64,000 nucleotides of DNA from Vicugna vicugna (lineage: Eukaryota): the NCBI GenBank assembly GCA_013265495.1, contig MU057416.1, positions 1,234,545-1,298,544 of the forward strand. The letters are read 5' to 3'. The notes beneath the pieces are model-generated. The model did not search any database. It had not been told where the DNA came from and saw nothing but the letters and a program-made list of their open reading frames with translations. A program made the translations under genes and the position numbers. Shown piece by piece: positions 23,881 through 36,850 of the stretch; the stretch's first letter is position 1, and the number at the start of each line of letters is the position of its first letter.

Positions 23881-26800
23881 AGAACTCTGTGAACTTTGTG
23901 GTTCCCTTCACCTACAAAACACGAGTAACAGTTCAGGGCTCACGTCCGCCTTCCGGAAGCTGCACGTGACAGAGGCTGCGAAGCCACAGCCATTCAGGTA
24001 ACTGGAGCCTGTAAGTACTGTGAAGTCAGCCGAGGAAGCTGAGCCAGAGGATAGAAGAGTCATAAAGCCTTTTTTAAGATGTAAAGTTTCATCGCTGATC
24101 AAAGGAAGGAATGTAAATGGAAAAACACTTTGTAAACCATAAAACATTTTACTAAGAGAAGTTGAGATTTATAACAAACTTATCATTTCAGAGTCCAACA
24201 GCTCCAGTTAGATATACATGATCAGAACGTTGTAAATAATACATTTATAGAGTCATTACTGCTTTTTAAAACTCTAGACTAATGAAAAATTGTGCATTTT
24301 TAAACAGCTACTTAGGCAGCTGGGGACTGGACGGATGACCTCTTGAAGCTCTTCCGTGCCCGTGAACCCGGGCAGTGTGAGCGCCTTGCTTCCCACAGAC
24401 ACCAACCCCAGAGAGCTGGACATCTAACTTCAGCCACTTAAACTCCGTGTGTTCTACAAAAATGAGAAAGCCCCACCTCATCGCCCTGTATCAATGAAGT
24501 GACAGTTAAATCAAGATCCATGACAACCGGCATTAATGGAGAGATCATCAGTTTCTCAAAAATGTGAATATTATTTGCCTCTGATTTTACAAATTATCAT
24601 TGAGCATTTCTAATTTTTAAAATACAACACTCTTACAATGGGAGAAAGTGGGCTTATAAATTAATAGAACATAGTCTTCAAAAGAGCACAGTCCTAAATG
24701 GTCATATTGCACGCAGGTCCCCGAAACCAGCAGTAGCATATTTCCTAGCATCATATTGAAGATATTTTTGAGGGGAGTTTTAACATGTTAAGTGGGACCG
24801 TGTTAATATTCATGACTTCATCTGCATAAGCACTGGAAGAGCCTCATTTGATTCCTCAGTTTTCCATACAAAAATGTGTTTAAATATTTGCTACCTCGGA
24901 AACAAACCCAGCAACTCATTAGACACTCGAAAAATTAAAGCAAAACATAAAAAGCACATTTTGATCAAATGCAGTGGTAGGAGTAAGCCAACAGCTCAGA
25001 GGCATCTGTACCATAAAAACGTAATGTCACCGAGTCTTTAAAACAGCGAAGACGCTAATTCTGCTGATGAAGACGTTGTGTCCCCTCTCGTGCCCCATTC
25101 ATTATGCAAGGCTGCAGAACGCGAAGCGTGGCTGTGTGATCCGGCCGATCTAATGATCTCCCACACCTGCTCATCTGGTAGAATTTTAATTAACACTCCA
25201 AGGAGGTTTGTCAAGAGTAATCAAAAACATTGTCGCTTATAAAGCTGTGGCAAGAAATCAATAGTTTTCATCAGAAAAGGTAAGGTCTGGCATAACTGAA
25301 CCATTTAATTGCTTCATTCCAATAAACAAAAACTGCACATTTTAATGACTTGATTCAGGAGATCAATATCGCCCCGCCAGCCGCACTCGGCAGCAACATG
25401 TGTTGGGCCGTTCACAGCCGCTTCCATTCCGAGAGCCGCATCCCTCTTTTTTATTTCATCCCGAGTGGCCATGGGCTGCTGCGCCCGCGCGGGGCTGTGA
25501 TTTATGCCCCGCGGGTGACCTCTAGGGCCGTAAGACCAGAACGGGTGACTAGTTCTCAATGGTAAGCTACTGGCACTTGACAAAGTGCCTGAAGTAGAAT
25601 GAATTTACTTCTCTTTTCCTCAATCATCAACAGGCCCTGCCCTGACCCCCGCTCTGACTCCTATAACAAGATCTCCTGTCGCTGCCTGAAAAATTTACTG
25701 TCGCCTGACTTCTCCCCGAGCCCGGGCGAGGAGTGCCGGCACCTTCAGTGAACTGAGCCCACAGGAGACTTAACTAAACACCACCCCGGGTTTAAAAACT
25801 AAGTAAGCGCATTTCTCGTGACGCCAGCGGCAGCCAAAGGCATCTGTTTCCGAACGGCGTGGCTCTCTAAAGAGTGAAATCTTTCTTCGGGCTGCATTGG
25901 AGGCAAAGCAACGTTTCGGTCCCCAAACTCATTTACTCGTGTGATGCCGTGAACGTGGACCTCTCGCCGAAACCACAGACCTTCAGAACGACCTGTCTAT
26001 CATCAGTTGCCAGAAGAAGACGGATGTCCCCGCGGCACTGAAGTCATTTTGAAGGTTACTCGAAAATGGAAATTCTTAACCGTTGAAGAATATCGTATGT
26101 GATGCGCATACACTGAACTCCGACACATTCCGCTGCGGTAAACACGCGGGTGTGCGAGGGGGATGAAGACATCAGCTCAGACACGGTCAGCACTCGGGGG
26201 TGCTCAGGCGTCTTCCTTCAGGGGAAGATTCTAAAACACCTCGTCAGAAAAGGCTTTTCAACGGGGACTCCCAGAATACCCAGATATTAAGTATCAGCCT
26301 ATTTCAGCATTCACGGCTGAAGCATAAAGACAAAGCACAAACCCACCTTGATGAAACGGCCATGACTTTAATACTCAGCTTAAAATAATTAAGCAATCAA
26401 AACGAACACCCGCAAACCCTCATGTCAACAACAAGGCAATTAAGAGACTGACGTTTGATGGTTTATTCCATCTCACTAAGGCCGGACGCAAAATTTCCAC
26501 TCCCTCTTTAATTTTCAATTCCTCTCCCCTCCCTGCTTCACAGCCCCTGGATATTGGCTTTTACAGTCTGTCCCCGGGGAGCGAGGAGTTATTGCCCCTG
26601 TCGGTGGGAGAGAAAGGGGTGTTATTCCCTTGTCAGCCTCTGAGGCTCCGGCAGCTGCCGGGCGCTGATGGATGGCCTTCGTTGGAGAAAGGCGGCTGAG
26701 GTGCTGTTAGTCCTCGGGGCTGTCAGATCCATCTACCTGTGCCCCTGGCATTACTTACTGGAGTCAGAGTGACACTCGGTGTCCCCAGAGTCGACCGAAA

Positions 26801-28009
26801 AACTCCGGGAGCAAACACGGCAGGGCCGTCCTGCTGCTCGGGGTAAACACCACGATGTGCACGTCCGGTCCGAGCCCTCAGGCGGAGGGGATGCGAGGTA
26901 CACCTCTGCCTCTTTGGCGTAACAGCAAAGGCCAAATTTACTGGCAAAATCCTTCGGAATCGCACCAAGTTTATTTTTCAAGGCAACGAGTATACAGTAA
27001 ATATGGTGACAACGTACGAAGACGCTGAGGGAAACTAAAGGGAGACATCCGGGGACACTGGCGCCCTGGTCAGACTCTTGTCCCTCATTTGACTCTTCGT
27101 GTTACTGTGATTTCATCATTACATCCAACAGTCAGGAGATTGGAAATCTCGACTTAATCCATCATTTTTAGGCCCACATTTCTCTCTCTCTTTCTCTCAG
27201 ATTCCAAGCCTGCATAACTGCTTCCCTTAATTGTCAAAAAGTCATTATTTACAAAATGACTTTAAAATTGGTATTATAAAAATAATATTGCACATGGCTA
27301 GAAAATAAATATTAATTTCTAGAATCCAGCCATGAGTTCCCCATCCCAAGAAACATCGAGTCGGGCCCTTCAGCTGGGAGGCTGTCCCTAAAAAGGTGGG
27401 GAGAACCTTTCCTTCTCTGTCTGTGGCTTGCATCTCACCTGCTCTTCCCCCTGCTGTCTTTGGCCTAAGGCGTGTGACAGGTGGGGCTCAGTAGTCAGCA
27501 GCCGTGGAGCCCTGTGAGTCAGGAGGCCCATGCCAAGCTGAGGTCAAGACCAGAGGTGCCGGCCGTGCGGTGGACTCCAAGATCCTTTGATCACAAGACT
27601 TGGCAGGAGCCTGCACCCTCCGCCTCTGTACATTCATTCATTTATAAATTACACACAACTCCAGGTCCCAAATCTTCATCCAGAATCCTCAGAACCAAGC
27701 ATGCTTAGTGTTTCCCATCTCAGCCAGGTACTAGGTACGTCCACCAGATAATACGTAACATCCCCGGGCGCCCAGGGCAGTGCCCCGTGAGCAAGGGCGG
27801 CAGGGCTTCTGCAGAGAAACATATGAGGATGCTGACAACTTGCACGAACTGTGCCCAATAAAAGCTACAAAAAGCCACACATCCATTCTGGTCAGTTCAG
27901 GCGGGGTCGACGGATGAGCTACAGAATAACTCGTGGCTTTCAGGGCTTTTTGATCCCCGGGTTATAGACAAGGGATTGTGAACTTTGATGACTACAGGAG
28001 GTATGGTAC

Positions 28010-28140
28010 AAAACTTACGCCATCTTGTAATAACCTTTAATGAAAAAGAATACGAAATGAATAAATGTATGTAGCATGACTGAGACGTGATGCTGTGCAC
28101 CAGAAATGGACACATTGCAACTGACTTCAGCAAAAAAAAA
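28010..28140 (+). mobile_element. L1 extreme 3' end
   Basis: CTTGTAATAACCTTTAATGAAAAAGAATACG...GCTGTGCACCAGAAATGGACACATTGCAACTGACTTCAG plus A tail. Confidence 0.7.
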
Positions 28141-30021
28141 CCAGTTATGCCAAAAATAGGTAGAAGGGAGAAGAGATAAAAATAGACAAGGACATGCTCA
28201 CATTTTGCTCTGCAGGCCCTCAGTGCACACACTTCATTTTGGAAACCACTAGATGCAAGTAGACACGCTGTCTGCTCTCACGCTACCGGAGGTGCGGGCG
28301 TGGGTGAGAACCGCTCCCGGCAGGAGGGCGTGGGGCCACGGGACAGTTCCACAGCCCTCCTTCCCCTCACAGAAGACGCAAAGCATCCGCTGTCTGCAAG
28401 TAAAAGCCGATGCCTGAGCCAGCCTGTCCAGCCCTCTGGCTCCCAGGACACACAGCACCTGCGGAGGGAGACTTACCTGTCACGGAGGCAGGAAGGTGGG
28501 GAGAGCTCACACCTAGGGATCAGCACCGTGACTGGAAGAAAGCAGATCCTTTGCTAAACAGACTTGTTTATCAGTGCCTGGGGAACACACACCATTTACA
28601 TTTCGTGTTTGCTAACTCTTCCGAGTGAGCAGGATGAACACCTACTTGATTTCTCTTGACTTGACCCGGCCTGACTATTTCTCGTAGTCAGATTTTAGGA
28701 CCAGTCTAGGACATTTCCCAGAGTGGCCTCTGCTACCCCGAGGGGCCAGGTGATAGAGGAGCAAGCAAGGCACGTGGAGAAAGGGGCAGGTTTTGCCTGA
28801 AACCCTCAGTGAAGTAAGTTTGAAACTGTAACATAAAGCATTTTCCATGGAGAGCTTCCATTCATCACCAAAGGTTCTTCCCTCCGCCCTGAGGGTCCAG
28901 CCCTCACTGGCTCTTACTTCTTTTCCTTCTAAGGAGAAGGACCCCAGGAGCCGAATGAAGGACTGGTGATGTCAGGAGACGCCTGGACCGCCCCTAGCGT
29001 TTGTAACTGCATTTCCGCTGGATTTTCTGGCTCACGCTCATTGTGCCTCGACTTAAACCACAGAGGCAGTGCTTCTCCCACAGCGGTCGACACCCCAGTG
29101 ACAGGGAACGCAAGCAGAGCGTGGGCTCCACCCACAGCCCTCGCCCCTGGCCCTCAACCCTCCGGTCCGCACCACGGAGGGCCCCGGGCCTGATGGGACA
29201 AGCAAGGATCAGTTGATCACTGCAGGAAGTTTTAAAAGTCCACACCAGCTGTGTTCTCGCTCACAGCACCAGTTAAAGGAGCGACATCACACAGCTGTTT
29301 CACTCTGGAGCCAACCTTAGGTGCCCGGGGGTCCCATTTGCATGTTACTTGTGCTTACTTAACGTTGGCATTTATAGAAGTGTCCAAGCCCCTTTTCCTT
29401 TACACCCAGAATGTTGAGATTCCCTGATGAGCCTGGTCAGTCAACCTCAGTCCCACGGAGGAAAACTGCCCCAAATGCAAACTCTCCATAACGTCAAGGA
29501 ACAGGCAGATTGAACGCACCAACAAAAAGCGTCTCCTGGAGAAAAGTGAGCCTGCACTCCCGCCTGCCTGCTCCGCGAGACATGCTTCTGGTTCCTCGTG
29601 TCTGTCTGTCATCTGAGTCATGGATTCAGCAAAACTCCCCGCTAACCTACGGACAGTGTCGGACTCACGCTGGGGGGCTCAGTGGAATCCCAGCTGGGGA
29701 CCTCTTCAAAGTGCCAGACCAACTCCAGCCACATTTCAAGAAGGCGATTCTGTCCCGCCACGGACAGACAGACGCGCGAGTACGTGTCGCCTCGCCCGCC
29801 CTGCCACCCTGAGTTCCAGAGCGGATGGTCCGACAGAAACATACCAGCCACATCCAAGTTTGCATTTTCTTGCAGCCACATTAAAAGGTAGAGAAGCACA
29901 TGAAATTTTACTCGTATATTTAATTCAAAATTCTATTATTTCACCTTGTGGTTGATAGAAGAAACATTAACAAAGGGTCTTATGGTCCTTTTCTCATGCT
30001 AGGTCTTTAAAATGCAGTGCG

Positions 30022-30197
30022 ACCGACAACGTAACGCCTTTTGCAGCAACATGGATGTCCCTGGAGAATGTCGTTCTAAGTGAAGTCAGCCAGAAAGAGA
30101 AAGAAAAATACCATGTGAGATTGCTCATATGTGGAATCTAAAAAAATAAAATAAAATAAAATAAAATAAAATAAAATAAAATAAAATAAAATAAAAT
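30022..30197 (+). mobile_element. Short L1 ORF2-terminal fragment with (AAAAT)n tail and TSD
   Basis: TTTGCAGCAACATGGATG...TTCTAAGTGAAGTCAGCCAGAAAGAGAAAG...ATATGTGGAATCTAAAA; TSD AAAAT(G/A)CAGTG(C/T)G at 30009-30021 and 30198-30210. Confidence 0.85.
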
Positions 30198-30202
30198 AAA
30201 AT
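30143..30202 (+). repeat. (AAAAT)n microsatellite, ~12 units
   Basis: Perfect pentamer run read directly. Confidence 0.95.
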
Positions 30203-30318
30203 ACAGTGTGTATTTTACCCGCACAGCCTTTCTCAACTTGAGCTATAAATGTTCATCAGATAGAACGGGTATGTATTTAGGTTTCATAAAATTTAAATTA
30301 AAAAAATGTAGATTGACA

Positions 30319-30470
30319 GGGGAGGGTAGAGCTCAGCGGTAGAGCGGGTGCTTAGCGTGCAGGAGGCCCTGGGTTCCATCCCCGGTACCTCCATTAAACA
30401 AATAAATAAATGTACTAAATTACCTCCTCCCACAAAAAAAGTAAAACAAAAACAAAAACAAAAACCCCTA
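30319..30470 (+). mobile_element. Vic-1-like SINE with TSD
   Basis: tRNA-like head plus AAATAAATAAATG..AATTACCTCC tail; flanked by ATGTAGATT(G/C)AC direct repeats at ~30306 and ~30474. Confidence 0.9.
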
Positions 30471-31779
30471 AAGATGTAGATTCACCTATTCACGTTGCTC
30501 CGAATCGCACTTAAAAGTTTTCCAGTAACTGACTCGAGTTACTAGTTTTTCTTATTTTAATTTTAGTTTTAATTCGTTAAAACTTAAAACTGAGTTCCCC
30601 GGCAGCTCAGCCTCACCCTCCTCACCCAGGGCGCGGCGGGGCCATGTTCAAGCGTCCTCGGCTCTTAGCTCTGGGGGGACCCCCGGCTCCCACGAGCTGT
30701 AGGGGTGGCTCCGTCCTGCCGTCCGATCCCTAGTCGGACCCGTGATGAGGATCTCCAGGGAGTTATTACAGGACCCCACATCCTCCAGTCAGGAAGGGCG
30801 TGGAGGACCAGCCGCCCTGAAGCGCGGGCACAGGCGGACCATCGGGGCTCGGGGATGCGCTGGAGAGACAGGCGCGGGCACTGCCCACCGCGGGCGTGGA
30901 GGCGAGCTGAGCCACAGACGTGCAGAAGTGGGGCCCACCCGCCCGTCTTCAGGGCCAGGTCTGGGCAGAGGGCTGGACATGGTGAGCAGCGGGCACAGCT
31001 GGGCCCGGCCGGCATCCCTGGGTCTGTCCCTCCCTGCCGACTCTGCCACCTGCACAGAGTAAAAGCGGCTGGTCCCTTCCACCTTCCAAGCCGCACACCA
31101 CTTCCTTTCTCAGCCTGATCTACCCAGGCCACTCACAAAGCGGCTACTGGAATCCAAGGTGCCCCCCGCCCAGGTGACACAGCAAGAGACACCACAGACT
31201 CCAGGAGGAAGTTCCTTCCACTCTCAGGACAGAGTGCCGTATTTCTTCTAAAAAAATAGTTTGCTTTGAGTTCATGGACCCCATGAATCAGCTAATGGAA
31301 CTCTTTTCTCTCTTTGCTTTGGCTCCTAGGAAGCTCTGAACTAAATCTATAGACCCTGCTCACAGGGGAACGGGTGTTAGGATGTGCATTTTGCAGCTAA
31401 GCTTCTGCCAGCTTTATTTTCTTTTTCTAGTTGCCCCCTCTTCTGTCATTTATTTGTTTTATCCTGTTATGTGCATGTTTATAAGTTCTCCCAAATGATT
31501 TTTGACGGGAAGGTACATAAATGGCTGGGTGGACAAATGCTGACGGATGGGTGAATAGTGGCTCCGGCTGCCACCGGCCTCTCTGGGCGGTCTTACCCTC
31601 GCTCTGCTCTGGCGGCTGCCACTGCCCTGGCCTTGGTCCCCGAACTCACCAAGGTGCTCCCAGTTTGTGACCATTGACTGCAGCTCCTCCTCTGGGAAAC
31701 ACAGTCCTCCGGCTCCTCTGGGACCAGGACTGCTCCATCTAGGAGAGCCCACCCTGCCCCACAACACAGAGAATCTCCG

Positions 31780-31972
31780 CTGTACCAGCCATTTCCGTCC
31801 CCACCCTCCTGCAGCCTGGGTGTCACATTCCATCACGGCCCCCTGACTCACCTCTCCCCTGGGAAGGATGTCAGGGCATCCTGATGGGGCGAGGACCCGC
31901 TCACCTGCTGAATCCCCAGCACCAGCACAAAGCTGGTGCTCATCACCTCTGTGAGAAGGAATGAATGAATGA
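31780..31972 (+). mobile_element. L2 3' end
   Basis: Ends CCCCAGCACCAGCACAAAGCTGG...GAATGAATGAATGAA. Confidence 0.55.
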
Positions 31973-32669
31973 AAGAGCGGCCGGCCAATCAGCTCATACG
32001 CAGACACCCACTGTTTATCTCAAGGCGACCGTCAACGTGATGTTCTACCTCAGATAATTTACCACTGACAGTTGTCTGAAAAGGAGTCAGGGCAGGGTGG
32101 GGGGAGGGGGAAGGGGCCACGATCGGTCTCCTTTACTGGTTTCAATAATGTGGCCAAAAGGCAAAGAACCTTCTCTGCCTCTCCTCTCACCAGGCACACA
32201 GTCATCAGAGGTCTCCATGGACACATGTGGGTCCATCATAATCCCACGCTTCTACTGGATGTGAGGAAGGGGGACAATCTGGGTTGGTTTTGGAGCTTTT
32301 CATTCCAATCCTGTGCTGTAGGACAACCCCATCCACCATCCGATTCTTTTAATAGAGAAATCAAAGCAGAGAATGAGGAACCTAGAGATTGTTTCACAAA
32401 TAGTGTTTGCCATTCACATCAATCTTGGCTTTTTAGAGGAAACTTTAATATTCCCTCTCTTTATTGGACTGGCAGAAGTCAAGGTCTCCAGCAGATTCTC
32501 GTATTTCCTCTTGGAAATTCTCATGGCCAAAGGGTTTGGTGCCGGTTTTTAATGGCATCCAACTTTCACGTTAGATGCTGTCCTGACCCACATTTAGGCC
32601 ACAAATTAAATAGTCTGAGAATATTTGTATTACGATCAACAAGTTCAAAAAGTTGTTTGAAAATGTATG

Positions 32670-32938
32670 TCTAAAAGGATAAATACTGTGTGATTCTACT
32701 TTCATGAGGCCCCTGGAGTAGTCAAATTAATAGACAGAAAGTAGAAGGGTGGCTGTCGGGGGCTGGGGGCTTGGGGGCTGGTGTTTAATGAAGCAGAGCT
32801 TCGGTTTGGGAAGATGGGAGAGTTCTGGAGACACGTGGGGTGACGGCTGCACAACAGTGTGCGTGTGCTTCACGCCCCTGAAGTCACAACACCTGAAAAT
32901 GGTTAAAGTGGTACATGTTTATTTACCACAGTAAAAAA
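32670..32938 (+). mobile_element. L1MB-like 3' end
   Basis: AGGATAAATACTGTGTGATTCTACT...GTAGTCAAATT..AGACAGAAAGTAGAA...AAAATGGTTAAAGTGG. Confidence 0.7.
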
Positions 32939-33369
32939 GGGAGTCATTATTCAGTCCACCTCGATACACAACTCTCCTGCTCCACGGAACTGGACAACTG
33001 GCCCGCACGGCCGTTATGCTTGGCAGCAAGCTGAGGAACTGCCCCCAGAAAACATTCAGGTCCTACTCCCCGGACTTGCGAGTGTTACTGCCTATTGGCA
33101 AAAATGTGGTTAAAACAAGGATGCTGCCGCTGTGGAGAGCAGTATGGTGGCCTCTCAAAAAACTGAAAACAGAACTACCGGCGACCCGGCAACTCTGCCC
33201 CTGGGCGCACATCAAAAACCCAACACACTAACGCAAAAAGACGCACGCACCCCAAGGAGTATAAGTAAATAATTAATGAATAAACAAACCTAATTACCCC
33301 CCACAAAAGTCAATTTAAAAAAATTTAACCCAAAAATAAAATGGTTGAACTGATTCAAAATGTAGACTT

Positions 33370-33513
33370 TGTTTTTTCCGAAAAGTTTGTTTTGCTTGTT
33401 TTGGGGGGAGGTAATTTGGTTTGTTTGTTTATTATTACGGGAGGCACTGGGGGTTGAACCCAGGACCTCGTGCACACTAAGCACGCGCTCTACCACTGAG
33501 CTGTACCCTCCCC
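33370..33513 (-). mobile_element. Vic-1-like SINE with TSD
   Basis: Full tRNA-like head on minus; TSD CAAAATGTAG(A/T)CTT at 33356-33369 and 33515-33528. Confidence 0.92.
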
Positions 33514-35619
33514 GCAAAATGTAGTCTTAACGGCAGACTGTGGCATTTACAGAATCCGCTGGAGGCCCCGGGGAAGACCCGTGGATGTTGCCAGCTCTTG
33601 CCACCAATGTGCTGCAGGAAAGGCCACCCAAGCTCAGGGCCCTGTGACAACAGGTCAGCTTCGTTTGTGGGGTCCAGGCTGGGCTGGGCATGGTGACTCC
33701 CCTGCAGGCGCAGACCAGGTGCACATGGGTGTGGCTAGGGACAGGCAGGCTCCATGGATCCCTCACCCTCCCCAGACCACAGCCACGCAGAGCACGGACT
33801 CCTCAGGGTGGGTGCCTGCTCCTCAGGCCCACGCTGGACATACAAACACAATCAGCCCCTAGATTACGGGACATTGACCACCAGTCCTCTGCCCAAAGCA
33901 AGTCACATGGCCAGATCCAAAATCAACGAGACAGAGGAGTACACTCTGCCCCAGCAGGAGCGGAGGGGAATGAGCGTTTGCCGACAGTAACTGAAACACC
34001 CCAGACGGCCTGGCTTCAGAGCAATAGAATCTTAGGTACAATGAGCTGCTGGGGCCATCAGGCTGCAGGGGACCTGCTGCAAGCAGCAGGCCTCTCTGAA
34101 CAGAGAAGCAAATGACAGCCTCAGATATGAGCCCCAACGTCTAAGAGCCCCTGCTGAAAACGGACTTCCAGCTGAGATGCTCCTTCCTTAGGCGACTCCG
34201 TGTGCTCCAGGGCGGTGACAGCTGGCCATGTGCAGTCCTGGGTGATGAACGTGGGGGACGCACCAGGCCGCCACCGGGACTAAGAAATGGATGTGCAAGG
34301 AGGAACAGGACGCCAAAACAGAAGAAATTACAAATCATCAGAGCAGCAGCATGGTGGCTCATTCTCAAGTCATCGTGTTTTGAAATTTTCTTTTTACGGT
34401 TTCATAGTCGCTCAAGTCAGATAAAAAAGATAGTTTTTTTATGTGTGTTCTTTTTTTCCTAAAGTTTCACAGCATTGCATAGCAACTATCCAGTCACCCC
34501 TCCTGCCTCCAGCCACAGGGATTATTTGAAAATGTAAATCTGACCGTGTACCCTCCCTGCTAAAATCTCTGCAAGGGTTTCCAACTGCCCTCTGGTTAAA
34601 ACCCCACCTCCTGCCAGTGGTGTCCTAGAACCTTCTCTGCTGGAGCCTGTCTGCCTCTCCAGCCGCACCTCCCGGCCACTCTCCCTTGTGGCTCCCACCA
34701 CCGTGGAGTTTTTGGCTTTTAATAAAACGTCGTCTCGGCCTTTCGCGTGCTGTTCTCTCTTCCTGAGACACTCCTCCCCTTCACGTCTTTTTCTGGCTGC
34801 TCTTTAGTCATCACTGAGGTTTCAGCCTTGCTCCCTGTGACCCGAGGCCGCTCCCTGTCCTGCCAGCACCCTCTACCTCCACCGTCACCGCAGACGTCAC
34901 CCTTCTGCTGCTCTGTCCTCCTCGAGTTCCCTGATGCTCAGGAAGGCGAGGGCCGTGTGTCTGGCCCATTCCCCACTATATAGACACAGAATATCCTCGG
35001 AAAGCGTGGTTTCCCCTTGTTTTGCTGGAATGTTCTGCCGTCTACTTCTCAACAGCTAATCATGCTACGACCAGAGAGCTTTCTGCAAAAGAAATGCTGT
35101 TGAAACTGGTTTGAGAACTAGAGCAGCTCAGTATGCTGCTGGTCACAGGCACTTTATCTCCAACTTCTGTGCACCCTTCAAAACTCAGTTCCGACATCAC
35201 CACTTCCAGGACGTCCTCTGAGTTGCCACCAACTCCTTCAGGCTTCGCCTAAGGACCCTCTGTTGGGCCCCCAGGCCACCTGTGTACACCTGTATCTTAG
35301 CTCCGACCATACCGTGCTTATGACACGCTCAGTAAATATTTGTTGAATTCAGGGGAATTGGATACAAGAGGCAGGTGACGGATGTGTGACCTTTGCCTGA
35401 ACCCTTTCCTCCAGCGCTTCAGCTGATTTACGGCTGGCTGTTTTTCGAAAGCAGTATGGTTGCCTCAAATCAAGACAAGCATTAAATAGTGTCCCCACAG
35501 TTACCCGCCGACCGGGGTGCTTCACACGCACGCACGCGCGCACACACACACACAGGTGGCACCTCAGTGAGACGGTTCCTAAGGTAAACGGCACCAACAC
35601 GCCAGGAGCCTCACACACA

Positions 35620-35790
35620 TTCACTCACTCAACCCCCGCAACACCACCGCCCTCGAGGAAGCAGAACCCTGACAATCATTCCCATTTTGCACATAAAGGA
35701 AACCGAGGCACAGAGAGGTCAGTAGCACAGCCCGGGTCACACAGCCACTCAAGGGCCGAGTCAGGTGGAAACCACAAGGACCTGGCTCGG
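35620..35790 (-). mobile_element. MIR
   Basis: CCCATTTTGCACATAAGGAAACCGAGGCACAGAGAGGTCAGT...GGTCACACAGC MIR core. Confidence 0.7.
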
Positions 35791-35977
35791 AGCCCCAGCC
35801 CCCAACCGCCCCCCCGCCACCGCCTCCCCGCGGCCCCGTGGTGCCTGTGCAGGACCCGTCAGCTCCTGATTTTAGTAAGTTCACCCAGTCACTGGGGAAA
35901 GGGGGGGACACAGTATCATCTTCTGACGCAAGAACAACAAATTGCTATTTTGAGAAACTCAAACTCAATTTGAAAGG

Positions 35978-36355
35978 TGTTACGGAACGAACTGCGTCCC
36001 CCCTGAAATTTGTATATTGAAGCCCAGCCCCCAACGTGACTGCATTTCCAGATGGGGCTTGAACGAGGTGACTAAGGGTAAATGAGGACGTGGGGGTGGG
36101 GCCCTGATCTGCTGGGACCGTGGCCTCGTGAGAAGAGGAGGAGACTCCAGAGGGTGCGTGTCTCTCTCCGCTCACTCAGAGGCCGGGACCAGAGGGCGGC
36201 CGTCCAGAAGCCAGGAAGGGAGTCCTCACCAGAAGCCAACCCCGCCAGCCCTCTGACCCTGGGCTTCCAGCTCCAGAAGTGCGGGAGGATAAAGGTCTGT
36301 GGTTTCAGTCACCCCGTCTGCAGTGTCTCCCGGTGGCAGCCCCGGTAGACTAATA
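35978..36355 (+). mobile_element. MaLR solo LTR (MLT1A/B-like)
   Basis: TGTTACGG...TGCGTCCCCCCTGAAATTTGTATATTGAAGCCC...CTCACCAGAAGCCAACCCCGCCAGC...CTTCCAGCTCCAGAA...GGCAGCCCC...ACTAATA. Confidence 0.8.
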
Positions 36356-36850
36356 AAAAGTCAGTGTGCAAATCAGTCTCATATTTCCAACTGTCACAAG
36401 GACGAGCTGAGGACTGAGTAACACACAGCGAGGAAGTTAAAAGCAGCAGGAGCTGGCAGGGCCAGATCCTCCCGTCAGGGCGCCTCCGTTCTGGGTACAT
36501 CAACGTCTCGTCAGCAACGACAGGTGTCCACCAAGCACCTGCCGCTCTGCCCCCAAGGCGCCTGTGGTCCAGCCAGGAAGCCCGGCGTGGAAACGTGTGA
36601 GACGGCGAGAAAACAGACGTGTAAAGCGCGGTGCAGACTCAAGTGCCACGAGGGCCTGGAGGGGGAGGGCACACGTCAGCGACAGCGTGCGGAGGACGTA
36701 AAGGAAGAACAGGCAGCAAACACACAGCCTCGGGAGTGAGAGGTTTGCACCAGGACGATGGCGCCGGCAGATGCCAAGGGGCCTAAAAGTGACGGGCATA
36801 TTCGACCCCCGACAGCTGAGGCTGGTTCCTCAGAATGTGGGGATGAGTAG

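Larger units (their letters stand above)
29825..30660 (+). mobile_element. hAT-Charlie (MER33/Charlie1-like) element interrupted by L1 and SINE insertions
   Basis: GCAGCCACATTAAAAGG...TGAAATT; GTGTGTATTTTAC; TTTCATAAAATTTA; CTTAAAAGTTTTCCAGTAACTGA match remembered MER33/Charlie1 segments across the inserts. Confidence 0.6.
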
